From Utricularia gibba (lineage: Eukaryota; Plantae; Magnoliophyta): a stretch of DNA of 64,000 nucleotides. Below, one piece after another: positions 40,475 to 52,333 of the stretch (position 1 is the first letter of the stretch; each line of letters starts with the position of its first letter). The stretch is from positions 1,116,001 to 1,180,000 of the forward strand of contig NEEC01000014.1 of NCBI GenBank assembly GCA_002189035.1, read 5' to 3'. Under the pieces are notes generated by a model, which was not told where the DNA came from, searched no databases, and was given only the letters and a program-made list of their open reading frames with translations. Position numbers and translations under genes: made by a program.

Positions 40475-42703
40475 TCATGTCCAGATACGTATGCTCCCAT
40501 TCTTGTCTGAGGTAGCCAAAGGTTTCCCAAGATCACTCCAAGAACAGCATAATACAGGAGATGTATGTTCCTTCAGGCAGCTCACGATTTTCGAATTTGA
40601 CACTGACCAGATGTGTACACTCCCATCCGCAGATCCAGCAGCAACGTAGGCGTTATCAGGGCTCATGCAGGACCTGCTCCAGTTTGAAGCAATCCTACCT
40701 CCATTTCCTCTCAAGGTTGCACATATTTCAAGAGTCCGCATATCGAACAAGTTATGCACGTTGTCTCTCCCACTAGACAAAATCACGTTCCCATTTCTGG
40801 ACAACGAGACGGATGTCACAGCAACAGAGTGTGCTGCAACTTCACTCAGAAGTTTTCCAGTTTGAATATCCCATAAACGGAGATTTCCATCAACATGACC
40901 TGAGCAAATGGTATGGCCATCCATACTAAAAGAAAGAGCATTACAGTTGCTGTGGAACAGAAGAGTGTTAACACAGTATCCTTTATGAAGGTCCCAAATT
41001 TTAATGGTGCGATCATAGGCAGCACTTACGACATTTCGACTGGATACTCTGCTAGCATCAACAGCACATACCTTGTCCATATGTCCTGTGAGAGTATGTC
41101 GAACCCTGCCAGAACTAATATCCCATACATACAAGTTATTTTCACTGCTAGCTGCAAGAACTGTCTTGTTATCGTGAGTAATGCATATATCAAGTACTGA
41201 ACCCAGGCAACCATAGAGAGTACGAATTAGTGATCCACTGAACGTATCCCAGATTTTCACAGCTTTGTCTTGTCCCCACTAACCAATTTACTGGAATTAT
41301 GCTCGAATAAAATTGCCGAAGAACCACCCTCATGGGCAGGAATCCTAAAATTGGGCGTGGTGGGAATCTTAGACTCAACATAGTATTCTGCACCTTCTTC
41401 AAACTGGCGAACTATGCCATCAACTTGTTGATGGGCAAGCGCTTGGATGCTACTCCCCTGAAGGCTCTTCGCCTCGCCTTCAAAAATTGCATTTGCCTTC
41501 AATTGAAAGTGATTATGTTTAGCAGACTGACGATTAATAATGTGGAAACCAAAACTAGGATTGCTGACATAGTATGTGCATTCAGAAGCATTCAAAATCT
41601 GTGGTGCAGAAAATAAAACACACATGGATACCTCATTAAGGCGTTCAGCCTCTTTCATTTTTTCTAGCATCCAACGATCAATTAACATCTTATTTTCTGC
41701 CTCTAACTTGTCCGCCCTGGCAGTGGCTGCTTCAAGAGCGGCTTTTAGATCCTTATGCTCAGTCAGCAATAGCTCCAGAGCTTTGGTTTTTTCATCCAAA
41801 GTTTGGGTCAAAACAGAGCATTGCTCTCTGGGAACAAAGTGACCGTGAAACAAAGTCAAAAAAAAAAGTTGGTTCTTTACAAAATGATGGCATGAGAAAA
41901 AAACAATCTCAGGGAAGTATAGAAGCCTTGTACAAGTTACTGTGCAAGTCATATCAAGCCAAAAAAAAATCTCCGAAAAAAGAAAAAACCTTGATTGGCT
42001 TAGCTCATCTTGCAACTTAGAAACAAATGATTCTTTCTCTTGGACCAAAGCTTTTGCAGCCCTGGATTCAGAAACTTCAACCACAAGTTGCTCAGACAGC
42101 CGAGATTGAGCTTTGTAGCAATGTTGGATTTCGACCTCAAGATTTTCAACTTTCTCCTTCCATTCTGACCCTTGACTCAAGCCAAAAACATATGAAGGAT
42201 AATGTTCAGCGACTACAGAAATAGCATACAATGCTTACTCAGCACAAAAGGCTGGACAGAGGGTTTGTGAGGGGAAATCCAAGCCAAGTTAAACGGGTAG
42301 GAATGAATTTAAAACATTTCGCCTATCAAGAAGGTGATATGAAAAATATGTGGCATTGAATATCGACAAAGAAACGCCAACACAGAAATCATTACGCTAG
42401 AATCGGAAAAGCTAAATCATCTGAGAACGAAAAAAATAAATCTAGAAACACTACACGTACATGAGATAAAATCGGCCGAGAAAGAGCAACAAAGGCAGGT
42501 GAATGAGCACCCTCCTCGAGTAAATGACGCTTCTTGAGTGCCTTCATAGCATGCTGTATGGCTCTGGCAAATGCGTCATCTTGCGACCTAAAATGCAGAG
42601 AGCAAACCCATAAACCCACAAACAAAAGATCGCCATCATTGACTAGAAAAACCCAGATAAAGCAAACAAAACAATCAATTCATCAAAAAGGAAAAAATTA
42701 CAT
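40475..42703 (-). CDS. ATG16: Autophagy protein ATG16 (coiled coil plus WD40)
   Basis: ALKKRHLLEEGAH, YKAQSRLSEQLVVEV and LIDRWMLEKMKEAERLNE, followed by seven WD40-type repeats. Start ATG split by intron 42588-42701. Apparent missing G at 41274-41277. Confidence 0.93.
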
Positions 42704-44433
42704 GATTTTTCTGAGTTTTGTGTCCGGTAGCGCGGTGATCTTGTTGGTATTGATGTAAGGAGAGTGAACAAAGGATCAAACTTTTTGAACACTGGAATGC
42801 AGATACGAAAAGGGGTGAACGCACTCAAGAGTTGTTCTACAAATTAATCACACCGAATCGCAACACACGATCAGGAATCGGAAAGTCTTTCAAGAAAATC
42901 CAAACGTCTAGTTTTCCCTACCGAGGGGATAATCATTCAATACATTACGTGCATGGAACAACCACTCAAACAATCCCTGTAATCGAAGGTTGTATGCCAG
43001 ATCAATGGCGTATGGGAGTCACATCACTGGATATGAAAACTGGCATACCAAATGGAAATTGGGATTCGGAACTGGGAAGCAACAGCCCTCCTTGTAGTGT
43101 GTAAACCCCAGTTCCAAGTTCTGTTCTTTTTCTTTATTCTTTTCAATTTGTAGGTGAGATCCCTGTAATTAGTGCAGGACTCCGGGTTCGGTTGGCAGTC
43201 GGGTTTTGGAGGTAAAATTTTTAGGAAGGGGGCTAGGGTTTTTATTGCTATGCGACGTCTTCTTAATTTCATTTTGTCGACCAAATTTTCTCTTCATCTT
43301 GCCACAATTCGAGGGTTGGATTTCGGGATTCAAAGGCTTCATCAGTTGTTAGCATATTCTGGAACCAGCTAAAGAGCCTGGGTGAGATCACAGCGACTGG
43401 GATCGGGGTCTTCCAGAAAGGGAAAAACGGAGAGAGCTTTTATTGGAAGACGGAAATCGGGTGCCGAGCGAATCCCTCTACTCGCTTCAGGAATCGACAT
43501 CTTATTCCATTTATCTCGAAACGAGCTGAAGCCTCATCGGGAACTTGCCCAGAAAAAAATGATAATAACCCGTGATCTCAAGAGCTATATCTAAACTGTT
43601 CATCGGTTTTTGGGCGGGTACTTATCTTCTACTAGGAAATCTCTCTTTTTTGTGTCCTTTCAAGTTGTCTTTATATTTGTCTACCGCCTCTGCATTTTCT
43701 TTTCCCTGAAAGTTGCTTAGTTTTACCGTCAAGTGATTATGATTTTTAAGTTTTTGTAATTCTGATGTTCAGTAAAGTAGTGAAGTTTTTTTTTTTTTTT
43801 TGTTTTCTTCTCAACAGATTAGCTATTCTTCTTCTTGGCGATGTTGCCATCTCCATTCAAACGCTTGAAAAGATGATGTTGGCGAGCTGCTTTGAAAAAC
43901 ATCACTTGGTAATGATCCATTGGCTTTTGATGGTTTCAATAAAAAAAATAGCAATGTTTGTTGGGTATCAGTATTGCAATAAAGCGAAGTGTGCCAGTGT
44001 GTGCAATACGATTTATAAGAGAATTATCCGGTGCTGAGGCTTGGTGAATCTTTGGCTGCGCTCATATCTGTAAGTTATTTTAGCGTTGAAGTGTACACAA
44101 TATGGAAATTGTTTACTGAATGGATAAGAAGGCTTTTGCAGAATGGATTCATGATGCTTTGAGATTGTTATCCTTCATATATTTCGGCTGGAATCGTGGT
44201 GAGTGTAATTGTGCCTGGTTTCTGCAAGTGCTTTTTTGGCTTTGGTTATTTGGTACGTTACTCTCCTTTGAATAATTTCATATAACGAATGTTTGAGGAA
44301 CCTTGAAGATGATGATTCTACATCATTTGTTTTTCCTTCTAATAAAAAATCTATTCTAAGTCGTTTTAGTAATCATCTTCTTTGATCCTTTCATAGATTC
44401 GGGCTAGGAGATCATCATTTGATACCCATTGTT

Positions 44434-45713
44434 ATGGCGGAAGACAACAACTTTATGAACCTTGATCTCAATCTGGGACCTGTTGAGATTTCGAGTAATG
44501 ATGATGGTGAGGGTGTGCATGGGTCATATCCTCATATTACTATGAGGGTGGAGGATTTGTTTGATACTGCTGCAGCTCAGTTAAGGGGAGTTGCACAACT
44601 CAGAAGCCGTCGGTGGCGAACACTACGGAGGCATCTGCCAGTTTCTCCTGAGACACAAAGTCTTTCACTAGAACTAATCACCAGAAATGACCTTCAGATT
44701 GGTGAGGGTAGTGTCGCACCTGATGGACAGGCTATTGAGGCTGCTAAAATATGTGAGAATTGCACCAGCTATGCAGAAGATAAAGATTTAGTTACAAAGA
44801 AAGACTGTGAGAAAAATAATGGCGTTGAAGGCAGTTTCTTTGACTGCAACATATGCTTTGATTTGGCTATGGACCCTGTGGTTACTTGCTGTGGCCATTT
44901 GTTCTGCTGGCCCTGTATTTACCGATGGTTGTATCATCATTCTGATGTCAAGAAATGTCCCATTTGCAAGGGAGGAGTAACCATGAAAGATGTGACCCCA
45001 ATTTATGGTCGTGGTAGTGATAAACGGGAGACGAAGTTCGATTCCAGTCTGAAGATTCCCCGAGGCCTCAAGCTTGCAGCATTCAAGGTAGGAGGCACAT
45101 TTCCAGACCCACGTTTCCAATGGATGAAGTGATTCGGCACCTGGAAGATACGTATGATGTGAATAGACAGATTGCTGAAATACATGCCAGGAGTTCTGAT
45201 GGGATTTGGGATTCACAAGAGAGGTCTCCATATCCCCGGGTTTCTATAGTTAGAGGAATACATAGAGAGCAGCCTCCAGGCATGCAAAATGGTGATTTAA
45301 GTGACGCTGGAGGTCTGTACAGAGGAGCAGAACCAGCCCATTCTGTGACACCTGATGTTGCACTCAACTTGGTGGGAAGCAACCATCTTGCTCATGGTGC
45401 AAGAGAAATTCGTCGTCCGCGGTCTGTCGGGATTCGCAGGGCGCATGCTCAGCAAAGTGCTTTGTCAAGTCTCCTTGTGGACTCATACATTAACCTTAAT
45501 CCTCCGGAAAGAAACCAAGAACCAGACAGGGATTCAGTATCTAGCATAGTAGCCGCCATACATTCAGAGAGCCAAACAGTTGACAATGCAGTGGAAATTG
45601 ATTCCACAGTGGCCCGTTCGACTTCATCTTCCAGAAGAAGAGCTGATGCTTCGAGGATCTCAGACGTTGACAGTGGAGACTCACCAGCATCACGGCGTAG
45701 GAGACTCAATTGA
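44434..45713 (+). CDS. RING-HC E3 ligase, RMA/RNF5-related (At3g58030-like); intronless CDS, long spliced leader
   Basis: MNLDLNLGP; FDCNICFDLAMDPVVTCCGHLFCWPCIYRW..CPICK; C-terminal DRDSVSSIVAAIHSESQ..SDVDSGDS..RRRR. One missing C at 45058-45061 joins ORFs 44419 and 45120. Confidence 0.88.
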
Positions 45714-46266
45714 TCCTTCTTCAGAATAAGCCACCGCAGCACCGGCAGGATATTCATTCATTCCTGCCAATAGAGACCACCTCCTTGTTTATATGATGGC
45801 ATGCAACATATCAGGTTTTGTACCTATTGTTTCTATTGTACTGCTTACTATCTGAGAGCCCTGAGTTCATCAACATTTGTTCTCTTCCTGTTGTCTCCAA
45901 TGTCCATTGATATCTGATGTGCTCAATGCCAATGGCTTCCATTATAATATGTCCGCTTTCCATCTCCATCTCATTTTTGTGAAAATCTCCATGTTTTGCT
46001 CACATGAACCCCATCCCCACAACCTGCATTCATCATTGAAATCCATGCAGAACAAAGCAAGTGATGCATATGTCCACTTTGTATCCAATCCATGGTCTGA
46101 TTTTACATTGTGAGCATTTCCTTTTTCTCCCATTGCATGTATGCACCACCAGGTTCAACCCAAAACTACAGGCATCCTACAAATCTTCCTTGTTTGCAGA
46201 GCAGTTCTGTGTCATCTTCTTCGAATTTCCAGGTTTTAGCACGGGAGCAGTCATGGAATGACAGTT

Positions 46267-46472
46267 TGGGTCTGTTCGGTTTTAGTTTGAATAAAAATAT
46301 TTTTAAAAGTGATTTTTGAATAAAATATATATTAATTCTGTTTAACGTGGAGTTGAAACAGTGGAATATGTCAATTTTTTTAAAAGTTTAAATAATTTGT
46401 TTTAATAAAAACTAAAGTATCTTAAAATCATTTTTCTAAAGTTATTTTTTGGAATTATATCAAATGGATTTT
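46267..46472. mobile_element. Possible Tourist-like MITE remnant
   Basis: GGGTCTGTTCGGTT terminus followed by AT-rich sequence; only a degenerate far end. Confidence 0.3.
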
Positions 46473-46907
46473 TTGTTTATTATACAAATTTTGTATAATT
46501 TATTTAATTATAATTATAATTATTTGTTTTAAAAAATAATTTAAAATTATACCATTTCTTTTGGGGAAAATTAAGTTTATTTATTAATTTATTTCTTTTG
46601 GGGAAATTAAGTTTAAACTGTATTACCAAATATGTGTCGGTGGGTCACAGCATTTCTCCCGTTGGAAGAGATGAGCAGATCCAGTAGTCCAATTCAGTTC
46701 AGGGAGGCGTCTTGGATTACCTTCTTTCTTATCTGGACGGCGATCGGAAAATCAACTCCTTGAGATCCCCGTTTTTCTTCCTTCTTCTTCACAAGTTGCA
46801 GGCGTTCTGTGGCCCGGAGAGTTGTCACTGGTATGCACCTGGTTTCGTGAAGCGTGGTTTGTTGGTTCATTTGATTGCGAGCTTTTTGATCTGGGTTTGC
46901 TGCCGGG

Positions 46908-48542
46908 ATGAGGGAATTGAGTGTAACAGATCCAATTGGGCAAAACATCATCAAGCTGGTGAGCAATGTGTGTTTCTCTGCGTTTGTGTTGTCTGTACTT
47001 ATAATTACTGCCATTGCCATCACGTACCAACCGCCGGATCCATGGGAGTCTTCTAGGGCTCTCACCAAGGTTTTCACTCAAGTTCATAATGCCACATTCC
47101 AAACCGACACTTCTGTTCTCAGAACCGGGGAGGACATTTCTCAAGCTCTTGATGATCCACCGACAATAGCCATGCCTTTGAGCGAGAATCCCGATACGGG
47201 AAACATAACCCTGAAAACGGGTTGTGAAGATCAACCTGTGGTGAATTGTTCTGATCCTGGAGTTCTCATCACTATCAAGAGGTTTAACTCGAGGACTTTC
47301 AAATCTATTGTGTTTTTAGATTATCAGATTCCAGTCAATGGGTCTAAACCTGATGAGTGTGATGTAGCCTGGAGGTTTAGGAATAGAAAGGAGAAATCCT
47401 GGAGAAAGTATAGGGATTTTAGGAGATTTAGAATTGGGTATAAGGATGATTGTAGCTATAAGGTGATTCGCCCCGGGCGTTGGCACTCAGGTCTGAATGC
47501 TCGTCGTCCAAGCAGTCAAGTTGCCCCTAGAAGCGGCCAACAACCAAAGAGTGTTCCTCAATTTCGAGATGATGAGATTAATGATACAATTCCTGTGCTG
47601 GGATCTGATCAAGCTTTTAGGAATGGTAGGTACTTGTACTATTCAAGGGGAGGAGATTATTGCAAGGGGATGAATCACTACATGTGGAGCTTTCTGTGTG
47701 CTCTAGGTGAGGCACACTACTTGAACAGAACCTTCGTGATGGATTTGAGTATCTGTTTGGCTTCCTCCTACACGCAGAGCAACAAGGATGAGGAGGGAAA
47801 GGATTTTAGGTTCTACTTTGATTTTGAGCATTTAAAAGAAGCTTCTTCCATTGTTGAGGAAGGTGAGTTTCTGAAGGATTGGAAGACATGGGAGAAGAAT
47901 CATAAATCGAAGATAGCAGTCCGGAAAGTCCCAAGCTACAAAACCACACCAATGCAGCTGAAGAGAGACAAGAGCACAATCATATGGAGGCAGTTCGATG
48001 CTCCAGAGCCAGAAAATTATTGGTACAGAGTGTGTGAAGGCCCTGCTGCTAAATATATTGAAAGACCATGGCATATGCTTTGGAAATCTAAGAGACTAAC
48101 GAACATAGTTTCTGCCATAAGTGGGAGCATGGACTGGGATTTCGATGCTGTTCATGTTGTTCGAGGGGACAAGGCAAGAAACAAGGAGCTGTGGCCAAAC
48201 TTGGATTCTGACACTTCCCCTGATGCTCTGGTCGCCAAACTCCAAGAGACAATCACACCCTGGAGAAACTTATACATCGCCACCAATGAGCCCTTCTACA
48301 ATTACTTCGATAAGCTGAGATCCCATTACAAAGTTCATCTGCTGGACGACTACAGTCACCTCTGGGGCAATACAAGTGAGTGGTATAACGAAACTTCAAT
48401 CTTAAACGGCGGCCGCCCCGTCGTGTTCGATGGCTATATGAGAGTAGAAGTCGATACAGAGGTCCTCTACCGATCAAAGACGAGAGTGGAGACATTCTAC
48501 AACCTGACCAAGGATTGCAAAGATGGGATCAACACATGCTGA
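46908..48542 (+). CDS. SUB1: SUB1-like protein (SHORT UNDER BLUE LIGHT 1; O-fucosyltransferase-like), intronless
   Basis: 544-aa ORF; PIGQNIIKLVSNVCFSAFV..YQPPDPW, GRYLYYSRGGDYCK and ETFYNLTKDCKDGINTC match SUB1 as recalled. Confidence 0.9.
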   Translation: MRELSVTDPIGQNIIKLVSNVCFSAFVLSVLIITAIAITYQPPDPWESSRALTKVFTQVHNATFQTDTSVLRTGEDISQALDDPPTIAMPLSENPDTGNITLKTGCEDQPVVNCSDPGVLITIKRFNSRTFKSIVFLDYQIPVNGSKPDECDVAWRFRNRKEKSWRKYRDFRRFRIGYKDDCSYKVIRPGRWHSGLNARRPSSQVAPRSGQQPKSVPQFRDDEINDTIPVLGSDQAFRNGRYLYYSRGGDYCKGMNHYMWSFLCALGEAHYLNRTFVMDLSICLASSYTQSNKDEEGKDFRFYFDFEHLKEASSIVEEGEFLKDWKTWEKNHKSKIAVRKVPSYKTTPMQLKRDKSTIIWRQFDAPEPENYWYRVCEGPAAKYIERPWHMLWKSKRLTNIVSAISGSMDWDFDAVHVVRGDKARNKELWPNLDSDTSPDALVAKLQETITPWRNLYIATNEPFYNYFDKLRSHYKVHLLDDYSHLWGNTSEWYNETSILNGGRPVVFDGYMRVEVDTEVLYRSKTRVETFYNLTKDCKDGINTC

Positions 48543-49232
48543 GGTACTTCATCAAGTTGTTTCCCCCATCAACCTGGTGGTGCCATTGATGTTGCCATAC
48601 TTGCTTTCCTTCTTTTTCTCTCATGCGTCCGCCGTTTCATTTTCTGTATACCTGTTTCTTATGCAATATCTTGTCTCTGCTTCTGAGAGTGCTGCCTTAA
48701 CATTACAACCGCATGTTCTTCCCTTCTTTGGTAGACGCAAATATTATTATCTTAATAGGAATACCATTTGATTCATCAAATTTTAATCCTAATACCATCA
48801 TAATAACGATGTATTATACGAGATACGATATAATTATTGTATCATTCAAGATATGAATGCAACATAAACTTAATAGAAATATCATTTGATTTGTCAAATT
48901 TCAAATGTAAATATGATAAACCTAATATAAAATTTTGTTAAATTTAAAATTATAGAGAATTCATAATATTATGAATTAATACATTTTTAAAAATTTTAAA
49001 AAATATTTGAATCTTCATTATATAATTTTGATAACTTAAAGTTTTTTATTACAATTTCAAATTTGAATTATTTTTATTACAATTTGCTAAATTTTTAATA
49101 TTTAAATATTTAAAAATATAAATACGTTTTTATGTATTTTAAATAAGTTTTTTTTATTTAAGTTTTCTTTTTCGCCAAAATTTTCCAACGGTCAGTCAAT
49201 CTTATTAAAATCTGGAATTTCCAAGCGACAGA

Positions 49233-51640
49233 TCAAGAAATACGTTTGCCGAAGAGCTGAGCGATTCCCTCCGCCGGATCCTGGTGCTTGACAATGGATT
49301 CCCCCACCAGAACCTGATCCATCTCACGAAACACTAATCAGTCGCAGCACGAAATGGCTTCCCTTTGCCACATCAAAACACACAGAGGAACGGAGACTGT
49401 TCCCTGCTTACCGCTTTTACGCCTGCCTCCTGGACATATGCAATATCTGCGGGAGTGAAGAGCCCGGACTCGCCAACAACCTGGAGGCGCATTCGGATAC
49501 AGCTTAGTAAAGGAACAAGATACTTCCATGGATGGTTGTTAGGTACCGTAATGCCGCGTCGACGGATGCATTCGCCGCGCTCGCCTTCAAGAAGTTTTCT
49601 TGTGTTCTTGATATCAACCTCGAATGTTCCTGCATTGAGGCAGCAGCATGAGGGTGAAAATGAGCAAGCAAGCCATATTTTCTTTGGCATGAAGGGAATA
49701 TACCAAGGTCACGGTTGTTGATGCCGACAAGTTCGACGCCGTCGATGGCTAGAACTCGATCCATCTCCCTCTCATCATGCACCTGAAGAAGGATCAATAG
49801 AGTAGATGTTCATATGGGCAGATAGGAGGTTGCTGAGTAGGAGATCAACAGCCTCACCTCAACAAGTGCTGCTAGTCCCAGCAGCTTGCAGATTTTGATC
49901 ATGTACTTGATATCCAGATCAGGTAGGATGGCTGCAATCAGCAAGATGGCATCTGCGCCCTTGACTCGGGCGTAGTAGATTTGCCAGGCATCTATCACGA
50001 ATTCTTTACAGAGGAGTGGGCACTAGGCTCAAAGAATTTCAAACTTCAGTTTGAAAGTAAAATGTAAAATGCCACACCTGCACTATATTGAATAATAGAA
50101 TACCTGCACTCCCGAGCCTCTTATGCGTTCCAAATTTTCAAAGCTTCCCTGATGATATCCAATATAAGCAGGGAGTTGAAAATAAGTTATCCTGAACTGA
50201 TCTTCGGGGAATGATTTTCCACTTTTACCTGAAAATACTTCTCATCGGTCAACACACTAAGACATGCTGCACCTCCTCTTTCATAAGCCTTAGCAATCTG
50301 AACCTGTGAAAACAACCAAAAGCTGATATAGGGGTCAAGAATTTGAAATCTTGGGAACATGTGAATTTGGACCATACTCAACACACTAAGAATATGGAAT
50401 TTGGACTATACTCAAAGAGCAAGAGATACAACGAACTACAGGAAAACATGCATGGCATTCCTACGCCATACGCCCCACTTGTCAAAACTCTGATGTGTTA
50501 AACGAAATATACTAGATAAAAGAGACTAATGCTACTCTAGAAATTTTAGATAGGATATGGTGAATGAAATACATTAAATAAGAGAGATTCAGGGTCACTC
50601 AACATGACAGGAGTCTGATATGTTACATGAGATATAATGAATTGGACTTACAGGATCGAAATCTTCTCTGATAACTCCTCTGCTAGGAGAAGCCTTTTTA
50701 ACTTCAGCAATTAAACCAGGTAACCCAGTCCGGGAATTGGCTTCTTTAAGAGCCCAATGAAATTTCTAGCTGGAGGTTTATTTTCAAGCATCTTTTTGAG
50801 CAGGGCCAGTGGTTTTCTCTCCTTGAACTTACAATACCAAAGATCATTTATCATCTACTCATGCATCTTTTAGGAATCACATAAGATGAAAGCATGCTGT
50901 TTACCCAAATGTATAACTACCTGAGCCACTTCCTTGTCCTTGTTCCAAACAATCTCTTCGAGAATGCTACGAGGCGTGTTGCCCTCATTCTGTAGGCGGA
51001 ATTCAAAAGGACCAACGTAATGAAGAGGTGGACCCGTTAGTGGTCGTCTCCTAATTTTAATACCTTGTGTTGAGGCAACTTCATCTTGAAACATCCCTAT
51101 CTCCCAATCCTTTGCTTTGAGTGCATCTCCTTCAGAGATTTTATCATCCGAAACAGCCGATCCATCTTTCATTTCCATCTGACAGTGCATAAAAAAACAT
51201 CCATCAGATCCCAGATCATGCACTTCCACTTCAGTGCACTAATAAAAAAAAAAAAAGGTGGAACCTTTTTGGTTTCTAGCATGGCTCAGTTGGAAAAAAT
51301 GGAAGGTGGGATTCATGAAAATAAACCCATTTGTAAAAGAACAAAACTTAAGCCAATCCATTGAAACCAATCAATTAATATCAACGAAAGCGCCCAGAAA
51401 ACATTGTAACAGTTCTAGACGGGGGCACCGATCACCACATTAAGAAATCATACAGAAATCCAAAACGCACGCTTCACTTGCCTCCCGGGCCTGAACAGAA
51501 AATGAAAGCTTCTTCACATGAGTGTCAGTCTGCGGAGGCCTACAAGAAACCGGCTTGGAAGACGCGTATCTGAGCGATTTCTCGCTAGAGATTTTGTGGG
51601 CGCAAAGGGTCGAAGCTGATGATGCTCTTATCGCCATCAT
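49233..51640 (-). CDS. IGPS: Indole-3-glycerol phosphate synthase, chloroplastic
   Basis: [77 protein letters not shown]. Apparent missing G at 50753-50755. Confidence 0.95.
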
Positions 51641-52333
51641 TTTTCACACCAGTGATGGCGTTGCACTTCCTAAGTCCGCGATTATGAAGCAGATCAAGGA
51701 TGGGGATCCCGAACGGATTTCGCATAAATTCCTCGTCCAGAACAAATAAATCCCCAGAAATACAAGAAAAGGGAAAAAACAATAATAAAAAAACAAAATA
51801 TTTATGTAATTTCTGATAAAAAAAAATATGATTTTTTAAAAAAATACAAAAATGGAAATTGAAGGGCTTTTGGGCGGTTGATTTCGATCCAATCTCGTGA
51901 TTTAGGGCCGAAATTAACATAAAAAATCGTGATTTAGGGAAAATAAAACAAAATAATGCTACTGGAGAAAAGGAAGAGCCGGGGATCAGCTTAGCGGGTG
52001 GGGGAGGCGGAGCGGGGAAGCGCATTGCTTCGTCTTCTCATCGGAAAGGCTTAATCTTGTTAACGTTTCTTCATTTCGCCGTACAGAAATTGTGATTGCT
52101 GTATTCGTGCCGTAAATTCTCTGTGTTTGGAGGTCCGTTGATGTTTATATTTCTGTAATTCCGGCCGTTGAATCTGTAGTTGCTAGCGCATTGGGTTTCA
52201 CCTTGAATTGGGAAGAAGTTTTCAATCATCAGCGAGTGATGTAACTATTCGGAACTTTCAGCGTTAGATTCGAATCCTAGTGGGTTTTCGTTTTCTATAG
52301 ACTTTTTTTTCTTTCGTTGAATTCAGTTGGAGA

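Noticed and set aside
40977-40985. Other GTATCCTT matches (40977, 30986, 25524)
   Set aside because: They are antisense to coding exons or intergenic, and not at exon boundaries.
45942-46133. Trp/Cys-rich 63-aa minus-strand ORF
   Set aside because: No recognisable domain; lies in the RING 3' region; no supporting gene structure.
51585-52025. 146-aa polyproline ORF overlapping the IGPS start as a uORF
   Set aside because: Promoter-type motifs at 51860-51940 suggest the IGPS TSS is downstream of this ATG, and most of the ORF is low-complexity T-rich sequence.
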